Program-made: the position numbers and the translations under genes
In this document: positions 18,274 to 28,651 of the stretch, in pieces
Position numbering within the stretch: the first letter of the stretch is position 1
How the letters are laid out: each line of letters starts with the position of its first letter
Assembly (NCBI GenBank): GCA_963668175.1
Contig: OY764159.1
Span: 704,001 to 768,000, forward strand
DNA: 64,000 nt
Direction of reading: 5' to 3'
Source of the DNA: Syntrophales bacterium
GTDB taxonomy: Bacteria > Desulfobacterota > Syntrophia > Syntrophales > PHBD01
Notes under the pieces: model-generated
Told to the model about the DNA's origin: nothing
What the model saw: the letters and a program-made list of their open reading frames with translations, nothing else
Database searches by the model: none

Positions 18274-19707
18274 TCATCTCTGTTGATCAGGCTCAAATTG
18301 CCGTCTGGCGGCGGCAAAAGACGGAAGGTGACGCAGCAAATGGAAAAGACTCCACCGGTGCTGCCATAACCGTCCGGCAAAGCGTTTGCGCCACGCCCGA
18401 TCCGAATAGAACCTCTTGACGTGCGTGTTGTAGAGAAAATCCAGTTTCTCCTTCGATTCTATCCCGCGGGGTATGAAGACAAAATTGAGGCAATTCATCA
18501 ACCGCCAGTCCTCGTGAAAAAGGCCCTCTTCATGCAGGGCTGTCCAGATGGGCGCTCCCGGAAAGGGCGTAAACTTCGACATGTTCATGTCGTCGAGCCC
18601 AAGCGACAGGGTAAAGTCGCTCGTCTTCCGGATCGACTCTTCCGTTTCGCCGGGGAGGCCCATCATGAAGAGTCCCTTGGCCCGGAGCCCGGAAGCCTTG
18701 ATCCTTGCGACGGTGTCCTCGACCTCGGCCGTCGTGACGCCCGCCTTATGGCGTTCAAGCATGGCGGGATCGGCCGATTCGATACCGATGGATACCATGA
18801 GGCAGCCGGCTTCTTTGAGCATCTTCAGCAATGCGTCATCGGCATGCCCCACCCGGACCGCACAGTTGAACTGAACGCCCAGCGGCCTTGCCGTCAGCAG
18901 GCGGCACAATTCGGCGATCCGCGGCCTGTTTAACGTGAAGAGATCGTCATAGATATTGATATGCCGGACTCCGAACCCGGTTCGGAGATGACGCATATGT
19001 TCATAGATATAACCGGCGGAATTGAAACGATGGGAGCGTTTGAAGACGGAGCGGTCGCAATACGAGCATTGATAAGGGCAGCCGCGGCTGGTCGTCATGG
19101 TAGCCCCGGGAAAATGGATGAAACTGAAAAGGGGGAGGTTGTATCCTCCGGGAAACCCTTTCAGGGAGGCATAATCGGGGAAAGGAAGCCGATCCATGTC
19201 CGGCAGCGGCTGTCGGGGTGGGTTCGTGACGATTTCGTCGCCGCGTCGCCAGATCAGACCGTCGATGTCGGCTTCTTCCCGGCCGGACGCCAGTTCGGAG
19301 AGAGTCGCTTCTCCTTCTCCGAGGCAGAGATAGTCGATTTTTTCGTACTTTTCGAGCAGCGATGCGCCCAATGCGGAGACGTGCACGCCGCCGAAGACGA
19401 CCTTGATTTCGGGACGGGCCTTCTTAATCATCGACGCCATGTCGCAACCGTCGAGAAAACTTGAAGTCGTCGTGGAGAATCCGATCATATCCGGTCTAAC
19501 GCGGAGAGCGGCCTTCACATTGGCCTCGATACCCTCGGGGGCAAAAGGGCCCAGGCAGTCGTGGACAAACACCTCGTGGCCGCCCTGCTTAAGATAGGCG
19601 GCGATGGATAGCAGTCCGAGGGGGGCCATCCGATTTGCCGTTGCCGCTATGTCCTTCCTGCCGGGCATCCAGTTGTACCCGGCCGGATGAATGAGCATGA
19701 CCCGCAT
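18274..19707 (-). CDS. B12-binding radical SAM protein
   Basis: N-terminal cobalamin domain (PLGLLSIAAYL, FGGVH, GEGE) plus TSRGCPYQCSYC. Confidence 0.9.
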   Translation of the reverse strand: MRVMLIHPAGYNWMPGRKDIAATANRMAPLGLLSIAAYLKQGGHEVFVHDCLGPFAPEGIEANVKAALRVRPDMIGFSTTTSSFLDGCDMASMIKKARPEIKVVFGGVHVSALGASLLEKYEKIDYLCLGEGEATLSELASGREEADIDGLIWRRGDEIVTNPPRQPLPDMDRLPFPDYASLKGFPGGYNLPLFSFIHFPGATMTTSRGCPYQCSYCDRSVFKRSHRFNSAGYIYEHMRHLRTGFGVRHINIYDDLFTLNRPRIAELCRLLTARPLGVQFNCAVRVGHADDALLKMLKEAGCLMVSIGIESADPAMLERHKAGVTTAEVEDTVARIKASGLRAKGLFMMGLPGETEESIRKTSDFTLSLGLDDMNMSKFTPFPGAPIWTALHEEGLFHEDWRLMNCLNFVFIPRGIESKEKLDFLYNTHVKRFYSDRAWRKRFAGRLWQHRWSLFHLLRHLPSFAAARRQFEPDQQR

Positions 19708-19829
19708 AGTCCGTTTGCGAGGCCTCCAAATTTATTTGCCAACTTTCGATTCATTAGCTATAGAATGACGTATAACATTTTCGATGCCATATCAATGGTT
19801 GTATTGATCCCCGGAGGCTAAGGGAATTC

Positions 19830-21182
19830 TTGAGAGTACTGCTGATATCGCCCAACATATTGACCGCACCCTATCCCGTCTACCCCATCGGGCTGGATTA
19901 CGTGGCCGGCGCCCTTGAGGGCCGTCATGATATAAGGATTCTCGATCTTAATCGGGAATCGGGTCCCGATGTGCTTCAACGTGCCATCGATGGTTTCAGA
20001 CCCGACATCATCGGTTTCTCCATCAGGAATGTGGATAACACCGACGCCTCCAATTCGCAGAGCTTCATCGCCGGTTATAAAAGCGTGGTCGATGGGATCC
20101 GGAAATACAGTAACGCCCCCCTGGTTCTGGGCGGCAGCGGATTCACGATCTTCCCGGAAGCGCTTATGAATGCGCTGAATGCCGATTACGGCATCCAGGG
20201 CGACGGCGAATCGATGGTATGTCTTGCGGATGCCCTGGAGAATCACGGCGACCCCACTGCAATTCCCGGTGTGATGGTAAAGGGCTTTCATGCCTCGCGT
20301 CCGCCCGATCTCCCGGATAGCACTTTCCGTCGGCGTTTCAATCGGGATGACGGTCATGTCGAATATTACCTCAAGCGCGGCGGCATGTTGAACATTCAGA
20401 CAAAGCGGGGCTGTCCTTTCCGTTGCGTCTATTGTACGTATCCTCACATAGACGGTGGCCGCCTGCGGTTGACCGATCCCGACGGCGTCGCCGAAACGGC
20501 GATCGCTCTTCAAAACGCCGGCGCCAAATACCTCTTCATCACCGATTCGACGTTCAACTGCAGTGTCTCCCACAGTCTTGCAGTTGCCAAGGCCTTCATC
20601 CGGGCCGGCCTTTCCATTCCATGGGGGGCCTTTTTTGCCCCTCTCGATGTGCCCCACGACTATTACCGGATCATGGCGGATGCCGGACTGGCCCATGTCG
20701 AATTCGGCACGGAGTCCCTGACCGACGCGGTTCTTGCCGCCTACGGCAAGCCGTTCCGGAAGGCGGACGTCTTCCGGGCCCATCGTATGGCCCTCGACGC
20801 CGGGGTCCATGTCGCCCACTATCTTATGCCCGGCGGGCCCGGGGAGGACGAAGCAACGCTTTCCGAAACCCTTTCTGTGGCCGACAAGCTGGAAAAGACC
20901 GTGCTCTTTTTCTTCTGCGGCGTTCGTATTTATCCCCATACCGCCCTGTATAACCTTGCCTTGCGGGAAGGCCAGATATCGCCCGGGCAGGATTTGCTGA
21001 CGCCCGTCTTTTATCAATCGGGCAAGCTGACAAGCGATGCGATCAAGGAAGAATTGACCGCACATGCGGATGGACGCTCCCATTGGCTGATCGGTTCCGG
21101 GGGGGATAAAACGGCGAAAGTGGTCTCCCGGCTGTATGCCCGCGGACACCATGGCCCCTTATGGGAGCTTCTGACGCCATGA
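19830..21182 (+). CDS. Lipid-biosynthesis-type B12-binding radical SAM protein
   Basis: PYPVYPIGLDYV, SIRNVDNTD, LGGSGF, QTKRGCPFRCVYCTYP, GVRIYPHT; resembles the family (TIGR04072-like) found in ladderane-candidate clusters. Confidence 0.85.
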   Translation: MRVLLISPNILTAPYPVYPIGLDYVAGALEGRHDIRILDLNRESGPDVLQRAIDGFRPDIIGFSIRNVDNTDASNSQSFIAGYKSVVDGIRKYSNAPLVLGGSGFTIFPEALMNALNADYGIQGDGESMVCLADALENHGDPTAIPGVMVKGFHASRPPDLPDSTFRRRFNRDDGHVEYYLKRGGMLNIQTKRGCPFRCVYCTYPHIDGGRLRLTDPDGVAETAIALQNAGAKYLFITDSTFNCSVSHSLAVAKAFIRAGLSIPWGAFFAPLDVPHDYYRIMADAGLAHVEFGTESLTDAVLAAYGKPFRKADVFRAHRMALDAGVHVAHYLMPGGPGEDEATLSETLSVADKLEKTVLFFFCGVRIYPHTALYNLALREGQISPGQDLLTPVFYQSGKLTSDAIKEELTAHADGRSHWLIGSGGDKTAKVVSRLYARGHHGPLWELLTP

Positions 21183-22654
21183 CGAAGACCGGAGCGACCA
21201 TCTGTCCCATCTCTCCCGGCGACCTGACCGGACTGGCGGCGATTAAATTGTCCATCATCCTGGCTTTTTTTCAACCCACCCTTTCCGCCGTTCCTCTCGT
21301 CGCTTACCTCTTCGCATGCGCCGCTTTGTCCCTGATTCCGACGTCGCGTTTTTTCCTTCCGGTGATCAGCCGTGGACGGACCGGAAAAGGGATCGTCGCC
21401 CTCACCTTCGACGATGGGCCCGATCCGGCCACGACGGAGAAATTGCTTGGCCTCTTGTCCCGTCATAACGTGAAGGCGACTTTTTTCGTGCCGGGCCGGC
21501 GGGCGTCGCAGCATCCCGAACTGGTCAGGAAAATACTCTCCGAAGGACACGACATCGGTAACCATTCCTGCAGCCACGATCCCTTCCTGATGCTGCGGAG
21601 CAAAGCGGTCATCGAACGTGAAATCGCATCCGGGCAGGAGATATTGACCGCCTTTGGGGTTGTGCCCCTGGCGTTCAGGCCTCCCGTCGGCACCACGAAT
21701 CCCAGGCTTTGGCGGATACTGCTCGGTCAGGGACTCATTTGCGTCACTTTCAACCGCAGGGCGGGGGATTTCGGCAACCGGCGAACGAAGGATCTCGCCG
21801 GCAGAATATTGCGCAAGGTCCGACCGGACGACATCGTCATGCTGCATGATGTCATGCCCGGACGAGGCATGGATGTGGATCTTTGGCTTCAGGAGATAGA
21901 GAAGATACTTTCAGGCTTGAAGAGTAAAGGCCTTAAGGTTGCACGACTGGCGGAAGTCATCGGGCAGCCGGTCATGGTTCCGGCCGACGCCGGCGCGGCG
22001 GTGAACCCCGTGGCGACCTTTTACGATAACCTGGCGGACGACTACGATCACGAACAGTTCGCTTCCGGAGTTTCCCTTGCCAAGAAAAAAGAGTCGGAAG
22101 CCGTATTGTCCCGGTTGCCGGGACTGGTTTCCGCGACAGACAGGGTGCTTGAAATCGGTGCCGGCACGGGTATTTTCAGCATGCCGATCGCCGGACTGTG
22201 CCGGGAGTTGGTTGCCGTCGACATATCCGGGAGGATGCTCTCGGTGCTTGAACGAAAAGCGGCCGCGGGGCATATAAACAATATCCGGTGTATTGCCGGA
22301 AATATCACGACCATGAATATCCCCGGCACCTTCGATGCAGTCTGTGCTTTTTCCTCCCTGGAATATGTTCCCAATATGACGGGGCTTTTAAAAAGATTGA
22401 CGCCGCACTTAAAACCCGGCGGCCGTTTATATTTTACGACAGCTCATTGTTCGTTCTTTCGTTTCTTTACCCAGGTTGGAAATGCCATGAGACAGGGGGT
22501 ATGGCTCCATGCCCGGACCAGAAGCGAGGTTATACGGATGCTTGCAGCTGCCGGTATGAGACCGGTGAGGATCGAAACCCATCTTATGAAGATCTTTCCC
22601 GGGGGTGGCATGATTCTTGAAATTGAAGCAATCAAAGAAGGGGCAACCCCATAG
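21179..22654 (+). CDS. Fusion: membrane-anchored polysaccharide deacetylase (NodB/CE4) + class I SAM methyltransferase
   Basis: ALTFDDGP, GNHSCSH, FRPPVG, MLHD CE4 motifs; C-terminal VLEIGAGTG, AVDIS, LKPGG; ATGA overlap with the upstream gene. Confidence 0.85.
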   Translation: MTKTGATICPISPGDLTGLAAIKLSIILAFFQPTLSAVPLVAYLFACAALSLIPTSRFFLPVISRGRTGKGIVALTFDDGPDPATTEKLLGLLSRHNVKATFFVPGRRASQHPELVRKILSEGHDIGNHSCSHDPFLMLRSKAVIEREIASGQEILTAFGVVPLAFRPPVGTTNPRLWRILLGQGLICVTFNRRAGDFGNRRTKDLAGRILRKVRPDDIVMLHDVMPGRGMDVDLWLQEIEKILSGLKSKGLKVARLAEVIGQPVMVPADAGAAVNPVATFYDNLADDYDHEQFASGVSLAKKKESEAVLSRLPGLVSATDRVLEIGAGTGIFSMPIAGLCRELVAVDISGRMLSVLERKAAAGHINNIRCIAGNITTMNIPGTFDAVCAFSSLEYVPNMTGLLKRLTPHLKPGGRLYFTTAHCSFFRFFTQVGNAMRQGVWLHARTRSEVIRMLAAAGMRPVRIETHLMKIFPGGGMILEIEAIKEGATP

Positions 22655-22682
22655 AAACGAAAGTATAAGGTTTTATTTTCGC

Positions 22683-24206
22683 GTGACCAGGAAACATATC
22701 TATCTCATCAATCCCAAGAGCCCGGACAATTTCTGGGCCATGAAAGGCGCACTCGATATCATCGATAAGCATAAGACCCTTATGCCGAATGCCGCGCTCC
22801 TGACCTTGATCGCCCTGACCCCGGACGATCTCGATATTCAATATACATACTGCGATGAGAATGTCGGAACGATCGATTGGAATCTCCCCTGCGATCTTGT
22901 CGGCATTACAGGCTATACCATCCAGTGGGAGCGCATGCAGGAGATTATCTCCCGCTTCAGGGCGCGCGGCATCCCCGTGGCGTGCGGCGGTGTCTATGCG
23001 ACCCTCGATGCCGACAGGGTCGGGGCCGTAGTGGATTATCTCTTTGTCGGGGAGGCGGAGTATACATGGCCCAGGTTTCTCAGGGAATGGTGCAATGGCG
23101 GCGCCGGCCGGGTTTACAGGCAGGAATCGTTCGTCAATATCGAGGATACGCCTGCTCCGGACTTTTCTTATATAAAACCGGAAGATTACCATTACTATTC
23201 CGTCCAGACGAGCCGGGGTTGCCCCAACAACTGCCAGTTCTGCGACGTTGTTCTGTTTGCCGGCCGGAAGTACCGCTGCAAAACGATCGGGCAGATCTTG
23301 CGGGAAGTGCAACAGGCATCGGATTGCGGGGCGGAGACGGTCTTCTTTTCCGATGACAACTTTCTGGTGGATAAGGCGTTCACCGTCGGACTTCTGAAAG
23401 AACTTATCGCCTGGAACAGACAACAGGACCGTCCCTTGTCCTTCAGCACCCAGGCGACGGTGATGGTAGGAGACGACGAAGAAATCCTGCGCCTGCTGGC
23501 CGATGCGCGCTTCAGCGTTATTTTCCTCGGGCTGGAGTCCATCAGTAAGGAATGCCTTCAGGAAGTGAATAAAGGACAACTGGCCCGTTTCGACCCCTAC
23601 GAGGTCATCCCCCGTATATCGAGTTACGGAATCGTTCCATTCCTGGGAATGATCGTCGGGTTCGATCACGATACACCCGCCGTATTCCGGGAGATAGACG
23701 AATTCCTTAACGAAACGGGGAGCCCGATCGCGTCGATCAGCGTCCTTAACGCACCGAAAAACACACCTCTGTATGCGAAAATGAAGAGGGAAGGCCGTAT
23801 CATCGAGGATTTCAACGGGCTATGGCACCAGACCTCCAATATCGTGCCCAAGCAGATGAGCCTGGACGAGCTTCATCGCGGGCATAAAGAACTTTTTAAG
23901 AAGATTTATGAACCTCGACACTTCGAATACCGCATGATCCGCTGGCTTGAAAATGTGAAATACTTCACCGATTTGTATTCCACGCGGAAAAAAAATCTGT
24001 TTCGGGTGTTGACGATTGTGAAGATATTCCGCCATTTCAACTTTCGCGTATCCCCGCAGGAGCGGCGAATGTTCTGGCGGGTTCTCGTCGCCGCCTGGAG
24101 GATCGATCCGCGCCTTATTTCACGAACCGTCTCCATGATGGTTCAATATTGGCATTATCGCGATTTTTCGCAGAAGGAGGCATGGCAGCAAGGGGAAATC
24201 GGCTGA
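22683..24206 (+). CDS. B12-binding radical SAM protein (DUF4070/HpnP-like architecture)
   Basis: INPKSPDNFWAMK N-terminus, GGVYAT, GEAE, QTSRGCPNNCQFCD, SDDNF, IVGFDHD. Confidence 0.87.
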   Translation: MTRKHIYLINPKSPDNFWAMKGALDIIDKHKTLMPNAALLTLIALTPDDLDIQYTYCDENVGTIDWNLPCDLVGITGYTIQWERMQEIISRFRARGIPVACGGVYATLDADRVGAVVDYLFVGEAEYTWPRFLREWCNGGAGRVYRQESFVNIEDTPAPDFSYIKPEDYHYYSVQTSRGCPNNCQFCDVVLFAGRKYRCKTIGQILREVQQASDCGAETVFFSDDNFLVDKAFTVGLLKELIAWNRQQDRPLSFSTQATVMVGDDEEILRLLADARFSVIFLGLESISKECLQEVNKGQLARFDPYEVIPRISSYGIVPFLGMIVGFDHDTPAVFREIDEFLNETGSPIASISVLNAPKNTPLYAKMKREGRIIEDFNGLWHQTSNIVPKQMSLDELHRGHKELFKKIYEPRHFEYRMIRWLENVKYFTDLYSTRKKNLFRVLTIVKIFRHFNFRVSPQERRMFWRVLVAAWRIDPRLISRTVSMMVQYWHYRDFSQKEAWQQGEIG

Positions 24207-24325
24207 AATGACGGTTAAAGATATCGGTATTTCACATGAATTAAAGATGAAAGTTCATCTTGACAGTACAATGACCCCTTGATATGTGAAGACTTTATGT
24301 CTTATAATGTATTTATCGGATTATC

Positions 24326-24700
24326 ATGACGGAAGACAAATGGCATTCCCTTGAATGCAAGGCTGGGAACAGTGCCGACGGCGTTGTTGCAGACGCCCTT
24401 GTCGAACCAGGTTCTCCGTGGTTCTCCGGTCACTTCCCGGGCTGGCCCATTCTTCCGGGCGTCGCCATGTTGTCCATGGTCGGCGAGGCCGTCCGGCATG
24501 ACGAGCGGAAGCGCGGCGTGAAGGTGAGAATAAACGGCGTCAAGAGGGTGCGGTTCCGGCAGCCGATCCGTCCCGACGATCCGATATCGATATCCCTCTC
24601 CCGCACGGAGGGGGAAAGAGAGAATTCGTATAACTTCAAAATCGTCGTTCGGCAGGACATTGCCTGTTCGGGGGTTATGACGGCAAAAAGGATTGATTAA
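24326..24700 (+). CDS. FabZ/FabA-like (ApeI-type) hotdog 3-hydroxyacyl-ACP dehydratase
   Basis: WFSGHFPGWPILPGV motif, VRFRQPIRP. Confidence 0.85.
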   Translation: MTEDKWHSLECKAGNSADGVVADALVEPGSPWFSGHFPGWPILPGVAMLSMVGEAVRHDERKRGVKVRINGVKRVRFRQPIRPDDPISISLSRTEGERENSYNFKIVVRQDIACSGVMTAKRID

Positions 24701-24779
24701 GCCGAACGACGGATAATTCATAGAAGGCATATGGAATAGTGCACCATACCCTATGTGATTTCAGGAGGAAATGAGTTAA

Positions 24780-25058
24780 ATGCCTGCAAATGGTGATAAA
24801 CAATCGATCATAACGCGCGTTGCCGACATCATTATTTCGGAACTCAAGCTGGAAGATGTGACCGCGGCAACCTTTGACCCCGATCTTGATCTGGTGGATG
24901 AACTAGGCATCGACAGCATGGATTTGGCGACGGTAGCCCTGATCCTTCAGGACGAATACGGTATTGTCATCGACGAGGACGACTATCCGAAGCTTGTGAA
25001 TGTCCGTCTTATCGCCGAGTATATTATGGAAAAGTTATCCAGCTCCGATAAACAGTAA
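24780..25058 (+). CDS. Acyl carrier protein 2
   Basis: ELGIDSMDL motif, acidic 92 aa, AGGAGG RBS. Confidence 0.92.
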   Translation: MPANGDKQSIITRVADIIISELKLEDVTAATFDPDLDLVDELGIDSMDLATVALILQDEYGIVIDEDDYPKLVNVRLIAEYIMEKLSSSDKQ

Positions 25059-25072
25059 ATGGTTGTCCGCTG

Positions 25073-26161
25073 ATGCGATTGGTTCCGAAACCCATAGGTA
25101 AACACACCGACAGGACCGCCGGTCAAAAATGGCGGTTTGCGGACCTGCTCGGCGAAGAGGCTGTCCGCCTCCGCTGGGAAAAAGTCAGGCAATATTTTTT
25201 CCTCAGGGAGTCGACCTATGACATGACCAATCGCTGCAACATCCGTTGCGAGGGATGCTATTACTACGAAGGTGAAAAGCAGTTTGCCGAAGAGAATGCC
25301 GATCCCGCCGCCTGGCGCAAACTGATGCGCGAAGAAAAGGAGCGCGGGATCACCTATGTTGTCCTTGCCGGGGCGGAACCCTCCCTGGTTCCAGAGTTGT
25401 TGGCGGTATGCTTCGAGGAGATGCCGCTCGGCTCCATCGCTTCGAACGGCTTCCGCCGTATTCCCGAAACCGTCGGATATAGAATCCACGTGTCCGTCTG
25501 GGGCAACGATAAGACCAGCCGGCGCATACGCGGGGCCAAGGGACTTCTCGCCAAGCAGATTGAAAATTATCAGGCCGATCCGAGGGCCGTGTTCGTTTAT
25601 ACTTTCACGCGGGATAACATCGATGAAGTCTACGAAGTGATGGAATCCATCGTTGCCCACGGCTGTAAAATAACATTCAACATGTTTTCTTCGCCGGTGG
25701 GTTACACGGGACCGCTTCGTCACGATAAATCGTCGCTGGCGCGCACGCGTCGGGTCATGCTCGACCTCTTGTCCCGGTACCCGCGGGAGGTGTTGTTCTC
25801 ACCCTACAATGTCATGGCTCATACCCATGCTTACGGACTCCATGCCCTTTATGAATGTCCGTACCCGAGGATGAATCCTTCAACGGCGATCGGTCTCGGC
25901 CGCTCTTTCCGACAGTACCGCACCGATCTATCCTGGGACAGAAATGTGGCCTGCTGTGTCCCCGATACGGATTGCGAAGATTGCCGGCACTACGCCTCCG
26001 GAAGTGCCGTCGTTACAGCGCGTCTTTTCCGGCATGCGACCGACCCCGATAAATTCAAGGCGTGGCTCGATTACGTCGATACCTATTTGGCGGTCTGGCT
26101 CATGGGATACGAAAAGGGTGAAAACCTGTGCCGGGACATCGTGGAGCCCCCGGGGGCTTGA
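25073..26161 (+). CDS. Radical SAM protein (non-B12) with C-terminal auxiliary Cys motif
   Basis: CNIRCEGCYY, LAGAEP, ASNG; C-terminal ECP...CCVPDTDCEDC. Confidence 0.88.
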   Translation: MRLVPKPIGKHTDRTAGQKWRFADLLGEEAVRLRWEKVRQYFFLRESTYDMTNRCNIRCEGCYYYEGEKQFAEENADPAAWRKLMREEKERGITYVVLAGAEPSLVPELLAVCFEEMPLGSIASNGFRRIPETVGYRIHVSVWGNDKTSRRIRGAKGLLAKQIENYQADPRAVFVYTFTRDNIDEVYEVMESIVAHGCKITFNMFSSPVGYTGPLRHDKSSLARTRRVMLDLLSRYPREVLFSPYNVMAHTHAYGLHALYECPYPRMNPSTAIGLGRSFRQYRTDLSWDRNVACCVPDTDCEDCRHYASGSAVVTARLFRHATDPDKFKAWLDYVDTYLAVWLMGYEKGENLCRDIVEPPGA

Positions 26162-26259
26162 ATGCAGAGGGATACATCGACGACGTGTGTTTTCCGGGAA
26201 TCCGGCCGCGATCGTTTGACGAGTAAAATGCAGCAAAGGAAGAGATACGATATTATATA

Positions 26260-27258
26260 ATGAATACCGTCAGTTCGTTGCTCGACCAGGCATGGTACGA
26301 GCGCTACAAGAGAATTTCACGCCTGAATATCCGCAGTTCGATATACGATGTCACCAATCAATGCAACCTGCGTTGCAAGGGATGTTTCTTTTTTTCGTCG
26401 GATGAGCACAAAGCGGCGCCGGAAGAAACCGACCTATCCAAGTGGGAGGCCTTCGTCGACGGAGAAAAAAACCGGGGCGTCAATCTGGCCATTCTCATCG
26501 GTGGTGAGCCGACCCTTCACCTGGACCGGGTAGAGATCTTCTATAAGAGACTTCCCTCGTATTGCGCGACCAACGGTTTGATCAAGGTTCCCAGGGACCG
26601 TTTCCCGGACATGATGGTCGGTATTTCGCTATGGGGGGATGAAACCGACGAAAAGACGCTGCGGGGCAAGGATACCTTTGCCGTTTCCAGCAAGAATTAC
26701 GAGAACGACCCGTATACCTACTATCTGTATACCATTACACCGAAGCAATTGGGACGGACGGAACGTGTTATCAAGAGGATTGCCGATGCGGGCCTGAAGG
26801 TCCATATGCAGCTTTTGTCCAACGACGAAAAGGTCGACGGGTTTTTCTGGTCGCCGCAGGAACTGCAGGAGATCCGTGCGGAAATGGACGAGATGCTGGA
26901 CAAATATCCCCGGACGGTCGTGTCGTGCAAGTATTACCATGAGATCATCTGTTCCGGGAGGATGTTCGGCCGCCCCTTCGGATGGGGGGAATGCCCCTCC
27001 GTGACGGAAACGGTCGACCACAGAGACCCCAAACCCAAGCGGCTTATCCATTTCATCCGCTGGGCCTCGGACCTGAACACTATGCATCGCTGCTGCACGT
27101 CGGCCACCCGCGATTGCGGAACGTGCAAGGACGGTGCGGCCCATATGAGCTGGGTCATGGTGAATAAGCGGGAACATCTGCGGTCGACGAAAGACCTTCA
27201 GAACTGGATAGAAGTATATGAGATGTTCGCGAAACTTTACAGTTTCATCCCCTGGTAG
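26260..27258 (+). CDS. Radical SAM protein (non-B12), paralog of the preceding gene
   Basis: CNLRCKGCFF, LIGGEP, ATNG; C-terminal ECP...CCTSATRDCGTC. Confidence 0.88.
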   Translation: MNTVSSLLDQAWYERYKRISRLNIRSSIYDVTNQCNLRCKGCFFFSSDEHKAAPEETDLSKWEAFVDGEKNRGVNLAILIGGEPTLHLDRVEIFYKRLPSYCATNGLIKVPRDRFPDMMVGISLWGDETDEKTLRGKDTFAVSSKNYENDPYTYYLYTITPKQLGRTERVIKRIADAGLKVHMQLLSNDEKVDGFFWSPQELQEIRAEMDEMLDKYPRTVVSCKYYHEIICSGRMFGRPFGWGECPSVTETVDHRDPKPKRLIHFIRWASDLNTMHRCCTSATRDCGTCKDGAAHMSWVMVNKREHLRSTKDLQNWIEVYEMFAKLYSFIPW

Positions 27259-27389
27259 TTTGTCGAGCCTTCATGTATCCTATTCCCAAGCAAGATATCT
27301 AAATCTCCGATCTTTTAGGTGAAAGGCGCTCCTGTTTTAGGGGTATTCGATTCGGGACAATATCATTAGAGAGGGATCAGAAGACAGGT

Positions 27390-28640
27390 ATGACTGAAAG
27401 CCGTCCCGTCATATTGGGTTATGATGCCGCCTCCCCGCTCGGTACGGACATGAAGACCCAGTGGGAAAGGGCGACGGAAGGCAAGAGCGGCGTCAGGCCC
27501 CTGACGCGGTTCTCTCTCCGCGATGGGTTTCCGGTCCGCGTTGCCGGCGAGGTTGACGACATCGACATCGGGCCCTATCCGTTTCTCAAGCCCCGGGAAA
27601 TGGCCCATTGGACGTCGCCGATTTTCAAATATGCGATGCTGGTTGTGCACCGGGCCCTCCGGAAGAGCGGAATCGAGATGACGCCCGACATCGCGCCGCG
27701 GGTCGCCACGACCTTCAGCACGGCCATCGGCGGGCTGGATGCCGTGATCCAGGCGGATCGCCTCATGGTCGCCGAGGGAAAGCTGCCCCACCCCTTTACC
27801 AATCCGAATTCCTGCATTAACATGGTGGGGGGGAAGGTCTCCATCCTCACCACGGCGTCCGGTCCGATCTGTTCGCCGGTTACGGCCTGCGCCACGGGCT
27901 CCTCGTCGATGATCATGGGGGCGATGTTCCTTGAACAGGGTATGGCGGATGTGGCCATATGCGGGGCCGTCGATTTCGCCCTTGTTGAACCGATTGTCGG
28001 CGGTTTTGCCACGATGAACGGCGCCTACCGGCCGAAGGAAGGGCAGCCGGAAGAACCGGCGGAATCTCTGAGCCGCCCCTTCTCCCTGAACCGCCGCGGC
28101 TTCATTGTTTCCGAGGGTGCCGGGTGCGTGGTCATTGCGACGCGGGAATTCGCCAGGTCCCACGGGCTTGAAGCGCATATCGAAATGGCGGGGTGGGCCA
28201 TGACCGCGGACGCCTGTCATTTTGTAGCGCCGAACTACGCGACGGTCAGGCGCTGTATGTCCGAGTGCATCACTCACGCCGGGATCGATCCTGCCGATAT
28301 CGACGCCGTCAATGCCCATGCGGCTTCAACGAAAGTGGGTGACAAGGTGGAGGCGGACGCCCTGCATGATGTCTTTAATGGTGCCGTGCCGCCCGTTTCG
28401 GCCAACAAATCGCTCATCGGGCATGCCATGGGGGCCTCCAGCGCCATCGAGTCCATCTTTGCCATGGAAGGTATGCTGAACGACACGATCCTGCCGACGA
28501 TCAACTACAAGCCCGATCCGGCCATTGTAATCGATTGTGTCCCGGAGGGGGCGCGGCATTCGGAGCAGGAGTATGTTTTGAAGAATGCGTTCGGTTTCGG
28601 CGGCTGCAATGCCTGCATTATATTTCACAGGATAGATTAA
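27390..28640 (+). CDS. Beta-ketoacyl-ACP synthase (FabF-like) 1
   Basis: TACATG (Cys), NAHAAST (His), KSLIGH (His), NAFGFGG. Confidence 0.92.
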   Translation: MTESRPVILGYDAASPLGTDMKTQWERATEGKSGVRPLTRFSLRDGFPVRVAGEVDDIDIGPYPFLKPREMAHWTSPIFKYAMLVVHRALRKSGIEMTPDIAPRVATTFSTAIGGLDAVIQADRLMVAEGKLPHPFTNPNSCINMVGGKVSILTTASGPICSPVTACATGSSSMIMGAMFLEQGMADVAICGAVDFALVEPIVGGFATMNGAYRPKEGQPEEPAESLSRPFSLNRRGFIVSEGAGCVVIATREFARSHGLEAHIEMAGWAMTADACHFVAPNYATVRRCMSECITHAGIDPADIDAVNAHAASTKVGDKVEADALHDVFNGAVPPVSANKSLIGHAMGASSAIESIFAMEGMLNDTILPTINYKPDPAIVIDCVPEGARHSEQEYVLKNAFGFGGCNACIIFHRID

Positions 28641-28651
28641 CGGCGGATTTC

